Source: Azolla caroliniana (Eukaryota > Plantae > Polypodiophyta). From it: a stretch of DNA of 64,000 bases. How positions within the stretch are numbered: position 1 is the first letter of the stretch; each line of letters opens with the position of its first letter. Of the stretch, positions 46,178 through 58,636 are shown piece by piece. The notes under the pieces are model-generated. The model saw only the letters and a program-made list of their open reading frames with translations, searched no databases and was not told the origin of the DNA. Position numbers and translations under genes: made by a program. The stretch lies in NCBI GenBank assembly GCA_043228905.1, contig JBHGNT010000011.1, positions 12,958,001 to 13,022,000 of the forward strand, written 5' to 3'.

Positions 46178-49100
46178 TAAATAATAATGTAAATAAAGAT
46201 ATTCCTTGTACAATCTCATCTAATGGTGCTACTTTTATACTAAAAGTAAATAATAATAAAATACAAAATGCTTTCGAGTACTTTAAGTGTTTTGGATTAA
46301 TAGATGATGATGAAGAAATTCAGGATATGTTTGAAGAATTAAGTTTTGAAGATACAATAACTCATTTGGAAGCAATGGCAGAAGACAACGAAATCCAAGT
46401 TCCTGTCCATTCAATCAAGATGTACGAGGTCATTGAAGAAGTTGCTCGAAAGGATCATGAAGCACATGTACTAACAAAGTACAAGACAGTGGAGAAGAAG
46501 GTTCGTCCTATTGCTGCTCCACTTCCAGGGGATAGTGAAAAGGCAATCAAAGAAGTAGCCACAGAGCCAATGATCAGAGACCCACGAAAGGTAGGACATG
46601 TGTTTACTCCGGAAACAATACAAGGGATGAAAATAGGAGGGGGTGACTTCCTATTACCCGCTGAAGAAAAGCAGTTTAGGGAGATGTTAAAAAGGCATGG
46701 AAAGGCGTTCACATTCCAACCGAAGGAAATAGGGTGTGTGGATCCAGAAATTGTGGAGCCCATGGTTATATTCACTATCCCTCATATTCCATGGAACTTT
46801 AAGCCAATACCCATGCCTAGGGCTAGAATCCCTCAACTATTAGAACTTTTGAAAGAAAAGATAAGGATGGTTATCTTGGAACCATCGAACGCTCCTTACT
46901 CGAGTCGATGGTTCACTGTGTTAAAGAAAGATGGGCGACTCCGATTTATCCAAGATATGCAACCCGTGAATAAGGTAGCAATCCGAAACTCGGGAGTAGG
47001 GCCAATTGTGGATGAGTTTGCTGAGATGTTTGTAGGAAGAGCTATATATTCAATGGGAGACCTTTATCCCGGGTATGATCAATTTCAACTTGCTCTCAAA
47101 AGTCGAGATATAACTTCTATCAAGACACCTATAGGGTTAGTACGGATGTGCACCTTGCCGCAAGGAGCGACCAACTCAGTGGCGCATATGATGAATGGAA
47201 TGAACAAGGTACTTCGTGATTTTATTCCTCATATTACAATGCCTTTTCTAGATGATGTTCCAATTAAGGGATGCAAGGAGGAAGAGAAGAACGAGGAATT
47301 GGATGAAAGTGGTTGCCGTCAATTTGTTGCTGATCATATCAAGGATTGTGAGAAGGTGCTATCAAGGATGGAAGAAATGCATTTGAACTTATCAGGGGTG
47401 AAGTCAATATTTGGGGCAAAAGAGATCTTAATAGTTGGTCATATGTGTGGCCCGTACGGGAGAAAGCCATCCCCAGCCAAGGTCAATGCAATTCAAAATA
47501 TGCAAGAGGAATGTACATTCGTCTCAGAAGTACGAAGGTTTCTGGGGGTATGTGTTTTTTACTGTAAATGGATTTCGCATTATGCCCATTTATCTGAAAC
47601 TTTATATAGACTCCTAAGAAAAGGAGAGACATTTGAATGGAGTGAAGAGCATTCAAAGGCAATGAAGAGATTGAAGTACTGCTTAGCACAAGCTCCACCA
47701 TTAAAGCAACCTGACTACACCCGACCCATATATCTCACAGTAGACTCTAGTCCCATTGGAATTGGATGGGTGATAAGCCAACAAGATGGGGAAGAAATGT
47801 ATCCAGTCCGATTCAGAGCAAAGGTTCTTAGTGGTCGACAAAGAAAATATGCACAGGTGAAAAGAGAGCTATGGGGGATAGTAACAGCAGTAAAGACAGA
47901 CAGAGATTACTTAATTGGTGTTGAAGTAATAATAGAAACAGATTGTTTGCCTATTCTTGGTATCATAGCTAATTGTGATATTCCAAATCAAGCCATGTTA
48001 AGATGGTGTATCTATATTAGATCAGTCAACCCTGAAGTTCGACATATCTCTGGGAATAGAAATGCAGTAGCAGATATGTTATCAAGAGCAAGGTATGAGG
48101 AAGAGGAGATTCCAGACTCGGACGATGAGGAAAAAGAACAAACAGCCCTTACCACAAGCATTACCCGGGAAGGAGGAATGTAGTTTCTAGAAGAGGAGTA
48201 TGAAGAAGAATTCAAGGAAATAGGGAAATACCTACAAACCCCTGACAAGTACAAAGGTCGATCTAAAAAAGAGTTCACACAGTTTCGCAAGAAAGCCCAT
48301 AAGTTCTTCCTGCATGAAGGATATCTATGGCGACATCTGAAAACCAAGACTTGAAACCCGCAAAGAGTAATAGGTTCTGAAGGGCAAAGAAAGGAGATAA
48401 TCAGAGAGCTACATGACAAAGAATGGGCTGGTCATCGAGGAGTGTGGGCCACTTTCAGTAAGATTAAAGAACGATTTTGGTGGCCTCGATACTATGAGCA
48501 AATAAAAAAGTATGTGGAAACTTGTCCCACTTGTCAATATTATTCAAACGTAAAATTTTGTGATGAATTACACCCAACATACTCACCGAGGGTGCATTAC
48601 AAGTGGATGATAGATTTGGTAACAATGCCACTTGGAGTAGGACAAAATAGATACTTGGTTCTTGCTAGAGAAGATCTAACAAATCAAGTGGAAGGCCGTT
48701 CATTGCGAACAAAAGGGACATTAGGAGTATGTCAATTCATCTTGGAGGACATTGTTTGTAGATATGGATGTATCGGGAAGATAGTGGCAGATAGGGGAGA
48801 GCTCAATTTTGCGGAAGCTCAAGATTTTTTCGACAAAATAGGAATTTGGCTTTCTTTGACAACGGCGTACAATCCAGAAGCTAATGGAAAGGTAGAAAGG
48901 GGACATGGGCCAATAGTCAAAGCTTTGGCAAAGGCATGTAGAGGACGGGTCAGTGATTGGCAAAGGCATGCACTATGGGCTGATAGGACAACTCACAGCA
49001 CTGTTACTGGATTTATGCCTGCAGAATTAATCACAGGACAGAAGCCAATAATGTCAATTGAAGAAAAGATAACTACATGGGTTGTGTTGCCTTGGGAATC

Positions 49101-49569
49101 GGAAATGAGTAGGGAAGATTTACTTGCGGTTCGAATACGACAACTTCAATCAAGGACAGAAGACATAGAAAAAGCAGCTACTAGATTGAAAGAGGCAAGA
49201 ATCAAGAATAAGGACAGGTTTGACAAGATGAAAAGAATACAACCAAGAAAGGTGCAAGAGGGAGATTGGGTATTAGTATATGATAGTAGCCTAGATAATC
49301 AATACAGTACTATTCGGAAGTTTGCAAAAAGATGGTTTGGACCTTATGAAGTTAGGAAAATAACAGATAAAGCCACATATTTCCTCAATGAATTAGATGG
49401 GACAGAAATTCGTATCCCAATTGCAGGAAAAAGGATTAAAATATTTAAAAGGAGGGAGTCATTAGAGCCCGAATTTTATGAAGAAGTAGAAGAACTAAAA
49501 GAATCGGAAGAAGTGTTGGATGAACTCTGCACAACCAATGTGCAAGTTCAGAGGGGGTGGGTGTCGTGA
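46120..49569 (+). pseudogene. pol: Gypsy K pol (RT, RNase H, integrase), two in-frame stops, no chromodomain
   Basis: LPQGATNS, FLDDVPIKG, VDSSPIG, GHRG..CPTC, DRGE, WFGPY; stops at 48181 and about 48352. Confidence 0.92.
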
Positions 49570-50036
49570 AGAATGTGCTTCACGATATAAAAATGAGCTT
49601 AAATGTTGTATTTAATAATATTTGAAAGACTTGAACCCACATCCTTATATACGATGTACAATGTACATACCACTAGGCTAGGCTATTTATTTGTAAAAGT
49701 GTGTAATAAATGTGCTTCATGATATAAGAATGAAGCTATATTGTATTAAGTAAAATTGAGGGACTTGAAGCCTCAACCTTGTATACCAAGCACCAAGCCA
49801 TGCATTTTCATCATTATACTTATCCCATATCTATTTTCATACATAGCCATCATTCATCACATGCAATGCATGTGTGCCAAATGGCGATCATACATTACAT
49901 GTAACTCATGCATTGCATGCATGCCATACTCCCATACATTACCATATGCATGGCAACACTTATATAAAGAGGGGCAAGGAAAACAAGAAAGGAATCAAGA
50001 GAGAGTGAGAAAATAAAACAATCAAGTAGAGAAGAC

Positions 50037-50091
50037 TAGCTCATTGGGTGGAGAACCTCTCGTTTCGAAGTTGAGGTCGTGGGTTCAAATC
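50037..50091 (+). promoter_or_regulatory. tRNA-like Pol III A-box/B-box module in K LTR (second copy 43614-43666)
   Basis: TAGCTCATTGG and GGTTCAAATC at tRNA-like spacing. Confidence 0.55.
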
Positions 50092-50263
50092 AAGGGTCGG
50101 TATTGAAAAGATTCATCTTACGATCAAGGATTGTAAAGTTGGTAAAATTTTAAAATTTTAAATATACATCATGTTTATATCATATACTCTTGTTTCTAGA
50201 ATCATACTTTGTCTCAATCTTCTTTCTTGAATCATACATTGTCTCTATCTTTTATCTATGCTC

Positions 50264-50264
<1 letters not shown>

Positions 50265-50352
<88 letters not shown>

Positions 50353-50355
50353 ACA
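50265..50355. repeat. (TC)n(AC)n compound microsatellite in K 3' LTR
   Basis: Read directly. Confidence 0.95.
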
Positions 50356-50492
50356 TTACTCGTAACTCTTCGTCTTACTATCCTTAACCATTCTATCATC
50401 ACCATACAAGCCTTATTAAAAGTTAAGTTTCTTCAACTCCCCTTAACCTTAGTCCCTGCGACTTCGCCGCACGAACCACAACTACCCCGACA

Positions 50493-53238
50493 ACGGGTAC
50501 CCTCGACAAAGCCATTGAATCGATCGTCGGCACTATAGGCCGGTTCGGAGGGAAAGACGCCACAAGTTATTTGGAGGCTTACCGGGCCGAAATGATCATG
50601 AGGGATATCCCGGTGGACAGGCGGTTGTCCAGATTCCCTCGGGTGGTGATGTCGGGCATCCACGCGGAGGTGCTCGAGGTGTTGGCCAGATGCCAGACTT
50701 GGGAGGAGTTCGAGCTACAGCTCCTCGAGAAGTACGGGTTTGACGACTCGCTTCAGCTGTCGAGGAGGGACTTCATGGCGTGGGTGGAAAGCCCCGGAAA
50801 AGGGAGGAACACGTCCTTGCTCCTCCAGGAGTTCGAAAAGCGGTTCACGCAGCTGTCAATGCTGGACTGGACGGTGCTTGAAACGAGTCGAGTACTACTG
50901 TTTGTCAAGTCAGTGGACACGCTCGACAGGGAAAGGGTGGGTCCCTTATTGGAAATGGACGAAGGGCTCATGGCAGACTAGGCCGTGGTAAAACGGGCCT
51001 GCAACCGTTTCGACAAACGGCACGATTGGAGCAACGGAAGCTCGTCGGGGTCAGGGCCGGTCCCGGCGGGGAGGCTCGAGGAGCCGATATCGGTGCAAGC
51101 TGGCAGGAAGGAAGAGACCCGAAATTGGCTAGAGGCCCATCCGGAGGAGCGGCTCTGGAGGAGCTAACACAAATGGTGCGTGACCTGCAGATCGCACAGG
51201 CACGAAGAGACAGCGGCGAACAACCCCGCGACCGAAGGCCGCCAGCTAGGCAGCGGTGCATGTGGTGTGACGCGATTGGTCACATTCGGAAGGATTGCGC
51301 GGATTTCGCCGACACGCTCAAGTCCAACGTGGTGTACCTTTGGAACGAGCGGGTGCATGCGAGCGAGACCCGGAGAGCCCTAGAACTAAATACGGGGCGC
51401 GGCGGAATTAAGAGGCTAATGGAAGAGGCCGCAGCACAGCATGTAGAAGTCGTTAACTACACAGTGTCGGCAGGAATTCGGGTCGGGGGTGATGAGTCCC
51501 GGAAGGTGAAGGACTCCGGATTCTGGCCACTAGTGCTCGAAGGCTTCTCCGGAGTTCGGCTGAAGAAGGAAGAGGCAGACCACGCGGAACAGTGGGTCCA
51601 GGAGGTCACCGGATGGGACGATCAGGTCGAAGAGAAAATAGGCTTCGTAGAAGCCACTTGCCAGAACTACGAGGTTCTGGTGGAAGACAAACGAGTAGGA
51701 AAGGCCGGGGGGATGGGTTCCCCGCAGAGGTACGAGACCCGGTTCAGACCGAAACCGACCGGTGCCAGCAACCCAGGCGCGCCGGACGGAAAGAAGCAGA
51801 CAGGGTTTAGGTTGAGCACTGAAATCGAGAGAGCAACGGACCTATGGAAGGTCCTTGAAGAGCGGATCCTCAACAGTAAAGTGGAGTTGTCGTTGCGGGA
51901 GGTGCTGGGAATCGCCAAGAGGGAGTTCCATGACTCCATCGTAGACTTGGTGAAGCGGAAGAGGCTCTCCATGGAGCCAGAACCGGAGAAGCCGGTGGAG
52001 GTGCGGACTACGCACTTAGAGGACGCGGCCCTAGAAGACGAGTTGGAGGAAAGCCACTACGCGAAGCCGCATTGGGCCAGGGCAACTACGGAAACCCCTG
52101 TGTGGATCGGCGACGTTCCGGAACCAGTGGTGGCCTTGGTAGACCATGGATCCGAAATCAACCTGATGTCCATGGATTTCTGACAGGAATGCACGCTCCC
52201 TTTTCCACAACACTCGGCCACAACTGAGTCTAAAATCGAACACAGAAAACGGATAATGAACGCACGACACAAAGGAGAGAAGAGTACACAGGATGTTTAA
52301 CGTGGAAAACCTTGAGAGGGAAAAACCACGGGAGTCCACAGACTCCAAACTATCACTATATCACAATGATTACAATAGTGAGCTCACAAAGGCAATGACC
52401 TCCTGCTCACGATCTTCGCCAAAGGCGGCGGTTACAACAGAGGCAATGACCTCTTCCTCTCTCTCTCTCTCTCTCTCTGTACACTTTTACGCGCTCTCTA
52501 GTCTTGCATCAACAAGAATGACAACATACATACAAATTTTGCCCTAAGTCATATTTATACTAATATGACTTTTCGGCTATTTACAAATATAGCCCCGATG
52601 AACTCTCAGAAACATATTTACGAATATGTCCCTTTATCCGGCGAGCACTCCTCACCGGGCTTGCATCATCTGGTGCTTGCCGGGCACACGACATCCGGTT
52701 CTCACCAGGTCTTCACCATCCGGCTCTTGCTGGGTACTCGTCATCCGGTTCTCACCGGGTCCTCCGTAGTCGGGTACTCGTCATCCGGTTCTCACCGGGT
52801 CTTCCATTGCCGGGTACTCCACATCTGGTTTGGTCATCAGTATTTTTCTTCTCACTTCCCATCCGGAGGGACTTGTTTCCTAACAATTTCTACAAGAAGG
52901 GTAAATGGCCGATCAACACCAAGCACGGGTGGAAGATACGCGCAGTGACGCGTGCTACGGAGGAGATGCACGGTGCGTACCCAAATATACGCGTAAAGGT
53001 CGGTGACGTCGAGATAGATCAACATTTCTTCGTGCAGGAAACATCCTCGCACCCGCTAATTCTTGGAGAACCATACATTACGACAGCACGCATGGAGACG
53101 AAAGTGTTCGACAACGGTTCGGTGTACGCGCGCGTCAAGAGCCAAGACGGTCAGCATTCCGTCCAATTCATGACCGTACGTCCGAACCATGAGAGGAATC
53201 ACGAGACCCTCAGCGCCGGGAGCCGAGGGGATTTTTAG
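50493..53238 (+). pseudogene. gag: Gypsy J gag-protease (starts 43062, split by K and L)
   Basis: CMWCDAIGHIRKDC, ALVDHGSEIN, ends GDF*. Confidence 0.88.
52181..52885 (-). mobile_element. Solo LTR L (B family), perfect TSD ATTTC
   Basis: ATTTC at 52176-52180 and 52886-52890; TGACAGG...CCTAACA. Confidence 0.93.
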
Positions 53239-53294
53239 AGAGGGTTATCAAGGCGTGGGGCTGCGGTAGTCCGGACGTACCGGAAGAACCCCAC
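53229..53294 (+). promoter_or_regulatory. Putative -1 frameshift signal of J
   Basis: G GAT TTT TAG; stem GGGTTATC/GGTAGTCC; GTGGGG/CCCCAC; -1 frame open for 70 codons into ORF 53439. Confidence 0.75.
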
Positions 53295-56200
53295 ACATGT
53301 ACAGTAGGTAGGAAGTTTTGGTTCTCCAAAAATGGAGGTTGTACTATAACCGGCGTCAGCGACCGAGAGAGGAAGCGAGCGGAGGAGCAGCTCAGGGGAT
53401 GCAGAGTCCTCTCCCTCGACGAAGAAATCAGCGGCACCGTGGAGGCGGTCTCTTTTGACGACACCTTGGGCAAGTTGCAAAAGGTGATCGGGGAAGACCT
53501 TAGAGAAGACCGGACCATTCCGGTTAGTTCAATGGGAATGTACGAAGTCATCGCGGACTTCGGGGAAAGGATTCGGTCGGATCGGACGGCCCACGTGGAT
53601 ACAAAGTACAAGATTGTGGACCGGAAGGTGAGGCCAGTCGCGGCACCCTTGCCAGAGGGCAGCGAGGAGTGGATAAAAGGGCTCGCGTCGGACCCAAGTT
53701 TACGGAATCCGGCTGGCATAGGGCACCGGTTCACCGACATAACGCTACAAGAGATCAAGGTTGGTGAGGGTGGCTTTCTACTGCCGGCGGAGGAGGACAG
53801 GTTCCGTAGAATGCTGGGAAGGCATGGGAAAGCCTTCGCGTTCTCGCCAGAGGAGATCGAGTGCGTGGACCCGACGATCATCGAACCGATGGTGATCTTC
53901 ACGGTACCGCATGTACCGTGGAATCTCAAACCGATTCCGGTGCCGAGAGCTCACATCCCGAAGTTGATGGAGCTTCTGAAGCAAAAGGTGGAGATGGGCA
54001 TCCTCGAACCGTCGAGTGCCCCGTATTCGAATCGGTGGTTTACGGTGCCGAAGAAGAACGGCACGTTGCGCTTCATTCAGGACCTGCAACCGGTCAACAG
54101 GGTGACCATCCGTAATGCAGCAATCGGACCGACCATAGACGAGTTTGCGGAGGCCTTCGCTGGAAGGTCGATTTATTCGGTCGGTGACTTATACTCAGGG
54201 TACAACCTGTTCTAGTTAGCCGTGGAGAGCAGGGATATCACGACGATGCGAACCCCTCTCGGCCTGGTACGAATGTGTACCCTACGACAAGGCGGGACAA
54301 ATTCGGTAGCGCATATGGTGAACACAATGAACAAGGTACTCAGGGACTGCATCCCGGACATCACCATGTCATTCTTGGACGACATCCCGATAAAGGGGTG
54401 TCCGATGGATGACGCGGATGAGACTGTCAGGCCAGACGGATGCCGGAGGTTCGTCGTGAACCACATCAACGACTATGAGAAGGTGTTGTAGAGGCTCGAA
54501 AAGGCACGACTCACCTTCTCCGGAGAAAAATCGGCGTTCAGACAATCGGCGATCTTGGTGGTTGGACACCTGTGCGGGCCTTACGGTAGAAACCGTCTCT
54601 GAAAAAGGTAGAGGACATCTCCGCGATGAGGGACGATTGTGGGTTGGTCACGGAGGTCCGCAGATTCTTGGGAGCGTGCGTGTTCTACCACATCTAGATT
54701 CCGCACTACGCGCATGTTGCAGAGCCTCTCTACAGGCTATTGAAGAAAGGGCGTGGGTTCGAGTGGAGGACGGAGCACACGGAGTTGGTCCGGAGACTAA
54801 AGGAGGTGCTTACGGTAGCGTCGGCCCTCCGTAAAGCGGTTTACAGCAAGGGTGTCCCCATTTGCGTGACGGTGGACACGAGCCCGACCAGGATCGGGTG
54901 GGTAATTCGTCAGGGGGACAAGGACGGCGTACGATTCCCAATCCGGTTCGGGGCAAAGGTATTAAGCGAGCGGCGGCGAGGATACGCCCACGTTAAGGGC
55001 GAGCTTTAGGGTATCGTTTCGGCAATCAAGGCCAACAAGGACTATCTGATCGGGACGGAGGTGACCATCAAGACGGATTGCCTGCCGATACTCGGCATGG
55101 TTTCCGGATGCGCGACGCCGGACTTAGCAATGCTCCGGTGGATAGCGTACATTAAGTCCCTGAACCCGGAGATACGGCACATCTCCGGAAAGGACAACGC
55201 CATGGCCGACATGCTTTCGAGAGCGAGGTTCAACGACGAAGACGACATGGTTTCGGATGACGAAGAAGTCGGCGAGGACTTCTTCGGGTCGGCTAACGTA
55301 ACAGCGAGGAAAAGGGACACTCCGGCGCTTAACGAATTTGACGAAAGTAGGTACAACAGGAAGTGGCTCCAAATCGGGAGGTTCCTACGGACGATGACGC
55401 CGGACGTAGCATGGACGAGAGAAGAGGCGAGCCGGGTACGGAAGAAGGCGTACCGATTCTTCCTGTGGGACGAGCGCATATGGAGGCACCCAAAGAAGAG
55501 AAACGGCATCCTGCTCCGAGTAGTGGCAAAGAAAGAAGAACAAGAGGAACTACTGGCAGCATTTCACGAGAGTTCTTGGGCCAGGCACCGCGGAACGTGG
55601 GCCACATTCGAAAAGCTGAAGGAGAAGTACTAGTGGTCGGGGTTGTACCAGGACGTGCATCGGTTCGTAATGACTTGTGAAAATTGTCAAATGCACTCCG
55701 TAGTCCGACATCGGGACGAGCTACACCCAACTTACCCGCCTGCGGTTCATTTCAAGTGGATGGTGGACTTGGTGACGATGTCGATGGGAGTAGGACAGAT
55801 GCGATACTTGGTGCTTGCGCGGGAAGACTTAACGAACCAGGTGGAAGGGCATGCACTGCAGAACAAGACAACCGCGGCGGTATGCCGGTTCTTGATCGAA
55901 GAGGTAGTGTGTCGGTACGGGTGCGTCAAGAGGATTGTCGCACCCGGGGAGAGCTGGATGCGCGCGAAGCTGAGGAGCTGTTCGACCAGCTGGGCGTCAA
56001 ACTCTCCCTCACTACGGCGTACAATCCGGAGGCGAACAGGAAGGTAGAACGTGGGCGCGGGCCGATCGTAAAGGCGTTGGTGGGTGCATGCGGAGGGCAG
56101 GCCAGGAATTGGCCGCGGCGCCTTCCTTACGCGCTATGGGCAGACCAAACTACACACAATTCGGTGACAAGGTTTATGTCGGCTGAGCTGATGTACGGAC

Positions 56201-56734
56201 AGAAGCCGATCATGCCGGTGGAATGGACGGTTTCTTCATGGGCGGCGGTAGATTGGAAGGACGAGATGAGCTAGGAGGAGTTGCTGGAGGCCGGAGGACA
56301 TAAAAAGGGCGAAGGAAAAGCTGTGGGTAGCAAGGGAGCAGAACAAGACCCGGTTCAACCGGACACACCGGTTGCGACCAAAGAAGATCGAGGAAGGTGA
56401 CTGGGTCTTGGTGTACGACAACAGCGTTGACAATCAGCACAAGGCGGTGCGAAAGTTTGCTAGGAGGTGGTTCGGGCCCTACACGGTGACGAGCGCGAAC
56501 GACAATGGCACGTACCACCTCGCGGAACTCGACGGGACACGACTAGCAGTGCCGGTTGCCGGGAAGCGGACCAAAGTGTTCAAGAAGCGGTACGAAGACG
56601 AGTCGTGGCCTGCGAGCGGGGGTGACAACGACACTCGAATCGGAGACCGACGAGTGAAGCCGGTTTTCTTCGGTATCTATTCGTCTCTGGCGCATGCCGG
56701 TGGATGCGCGGTTTGGTGGGGGTGGATGTCGTGA
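53229..56734 (+). pseudogene. pol: Gypsy J pol, decayed
   Basis: FLDDIPIKG, DTSPTRIG, REDLTNQVEG, WFGPY; several TAG stops. Confidence 0.9.
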
Positions 56735-57296
56735 AGAAAACCGGCCATAGGCAGAATCGGATGAAAAGGCGCATGAACCGGCTCTTACACGGATGGACGC
56801 GTGAATTGATATTTTGATAAGGATTCATAAATGGATCGGCTGATGTAAATACTAAGTAGTACACAGTTATTAGGGGGATTGTGCGTATCTCTATTAGAAG
56901 GGACAGGAAATAAAGTGATTTGACTAGGGAAAAAGGGGCACCCCCTTTTGGGAACTATTTAAGGAGAGGAGAGAAGGAAGAGAGGAGATCGCGCGTTGGG
57001 GAGGAGGAAGTGTTGCTGCAGAACTGAGTGTCGAGCTCTCTCTTCTCCTCTGATCGTCGGTCTTTGTGGGGTCGGGAGTTCGTTGCCTCTGATTCGTGGA
57101 CAGCCCGTGCGCTTCTAGCAGAGGCTCTCCCCTTTTTGTTTCTTTGAGTCGGGTGGGTTCCGTCTGTGTGCGTGAGTAGGGTCCCCCCGTGTTGGGCCCA
57201 TCGCCGGCTTGCCAGTTGTAACCGTCGGAGTTTGTAATCTCTTGTTATTGTAATTAAGTGTTCCGTTATTTATCTCTCCTTCTTGCTTCTGCATGT

Positions 57297-57346
<50 letters not shown>

Positions 57347-57743
57347 GATTCAAGGCCCCCGTGGTCCTGCCCTTCTACACGCACACGCGTAACAACGCAA
57401 CATCAGAATACCAAAACCCAATTGACGACATTCTTGTTCTGGAACATGATACTGATCTTCTCCCCGAGTTCATTAGTCTTGCTCTCTTCATTGAAGTTGT
57501 TGTACATGCTCATGTCGATGAAGCATCAGATATATGTCGTAGTCTTCATGTGCATCACCTCCCACACTGTGGCATCGATCTTATCCGGTCTCTTGTCCCC
57601 GAACTGAACTGGCAACCAAAGATCTTTAACCACTAGCATATCATTCATCTTCGACCTCTACACAAAGTAGTTGGAGCCAGTGAGCTTGAACATGCCGGTG
57701 AACGATTCTTCCATTTCTTGTGTTGTTCGCTCTGATACTAGAT

Positions 57744-58636
57744 TGACGAGAATAGCGTGGAATAATGCTTGGCCACAACCGAGTCTTGAATCACAGAAAT
57801 GGGAATGAAACAGAGAAACGGGAAGTAGAGAGTGTGCAGAATATTTACGTGGAAAACCCTAATGGGAAAAAACCACAGGAGCCAACAGACTCCAAATTAT
57901 CACTATATAGGAAAGGTACAAACAGAGACTCAGAGGCAACGACCTCGAGCTCTGTATCTTTGCCAGTCGGCGGTTACAACAGAGTATCGCTCTGTATCTC
58001 ACTCTCTCACTATACAACAGTTATCTCTACAGCAATATGACCGCCCTCTTCCTTCTGTTACAAAGTGATTGCCCTAAGTCATATTTATACTTATCTGAAC
58101 TTAGGGCTATTTACAAATATAGCCTCAATAGGCTTACTCAAAGCATACTTACAAATATGTCTTCACTTCCGGTTCACACCGGGTCCATCCGATCCCGTTT
58201 CTAGATCTCCTCATTCATAACCGGATCTCATACCAGGAGGGCACAGAATATTTACGTGGAAAAACCCTAATGGGAAAAAACCATGAGAGCCCACAAACTC
58301 CAAACTATCACTATATAGGAAAGGTACAAACAGAGACTTAGAGGCAATGACCTCGAGCTCTGTATCTTCGCCAGCCGATGGTTACAACAAAGTATCGCTC
58401 TGTATCTCACTCTCTCACTATACAACAGTTATCTCTACAACAATATGACAACCCTCTTACTTTTGTTACAAAGTGATTGCCCTAAGTCATATTTATATGA
58501 ACTTAGGGTTATTTGCAAATATAGCCTCAATAGGCTTACTCAAAGCATATTTACAAATATGTCTTCACTTCTGGTTCACACCGGGTCCATCCGATCCGGT
58601 TTCTGGATCCCATCCGGAGGGACCGATTTCCCAACA
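57744..58636 (-). repeat. 5' LTR of I with an internal ~405-bp tandem duplication
   Basis: cagaatatttacgtggaaaa...tggg unit at about 57837 and about 58244. Confidence 0.85.

Larger units (their letters stand above)
43137..50492 (+). mobile_element. AT-rich Ty3/gypsy element K nested in J gag, 4-bp TSD ACGG
   Basis: ACGG at 43133-43136 and 50493-50496; 3' LTR 49562-50492; truncated 5' LTR 43137-43666. Confidence 0.92.
42352..57402 (+). mobile_element. Ty3/gypsy element J nested in I gag; contains K and L
   Basis: LTRs 42352-43017 and 56727-57402; decayed Trp PBS 43022-43039; flanks CCGG/TCAG with I gag resuming correctly. Confidence 0.92.
37790..58636 (-). mobile_element. Ty1/copia element I (B-related, old); contains solo LTR M and gypsy J
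   Basis: 3' LTR remnant 37790-37893, PPT, decayed pol to 40815, PR/gag 41641-42351 and 57403-57714, PBS 57729-57740, 5' LTR 57744-58636. Confidence 0.85.

Noticed and set aside
50030-50100. Functional tRNA gene in the K LTR
   Set aside because: Acceptor, anticodon and T stems do not pair; only the A and B boxes remain
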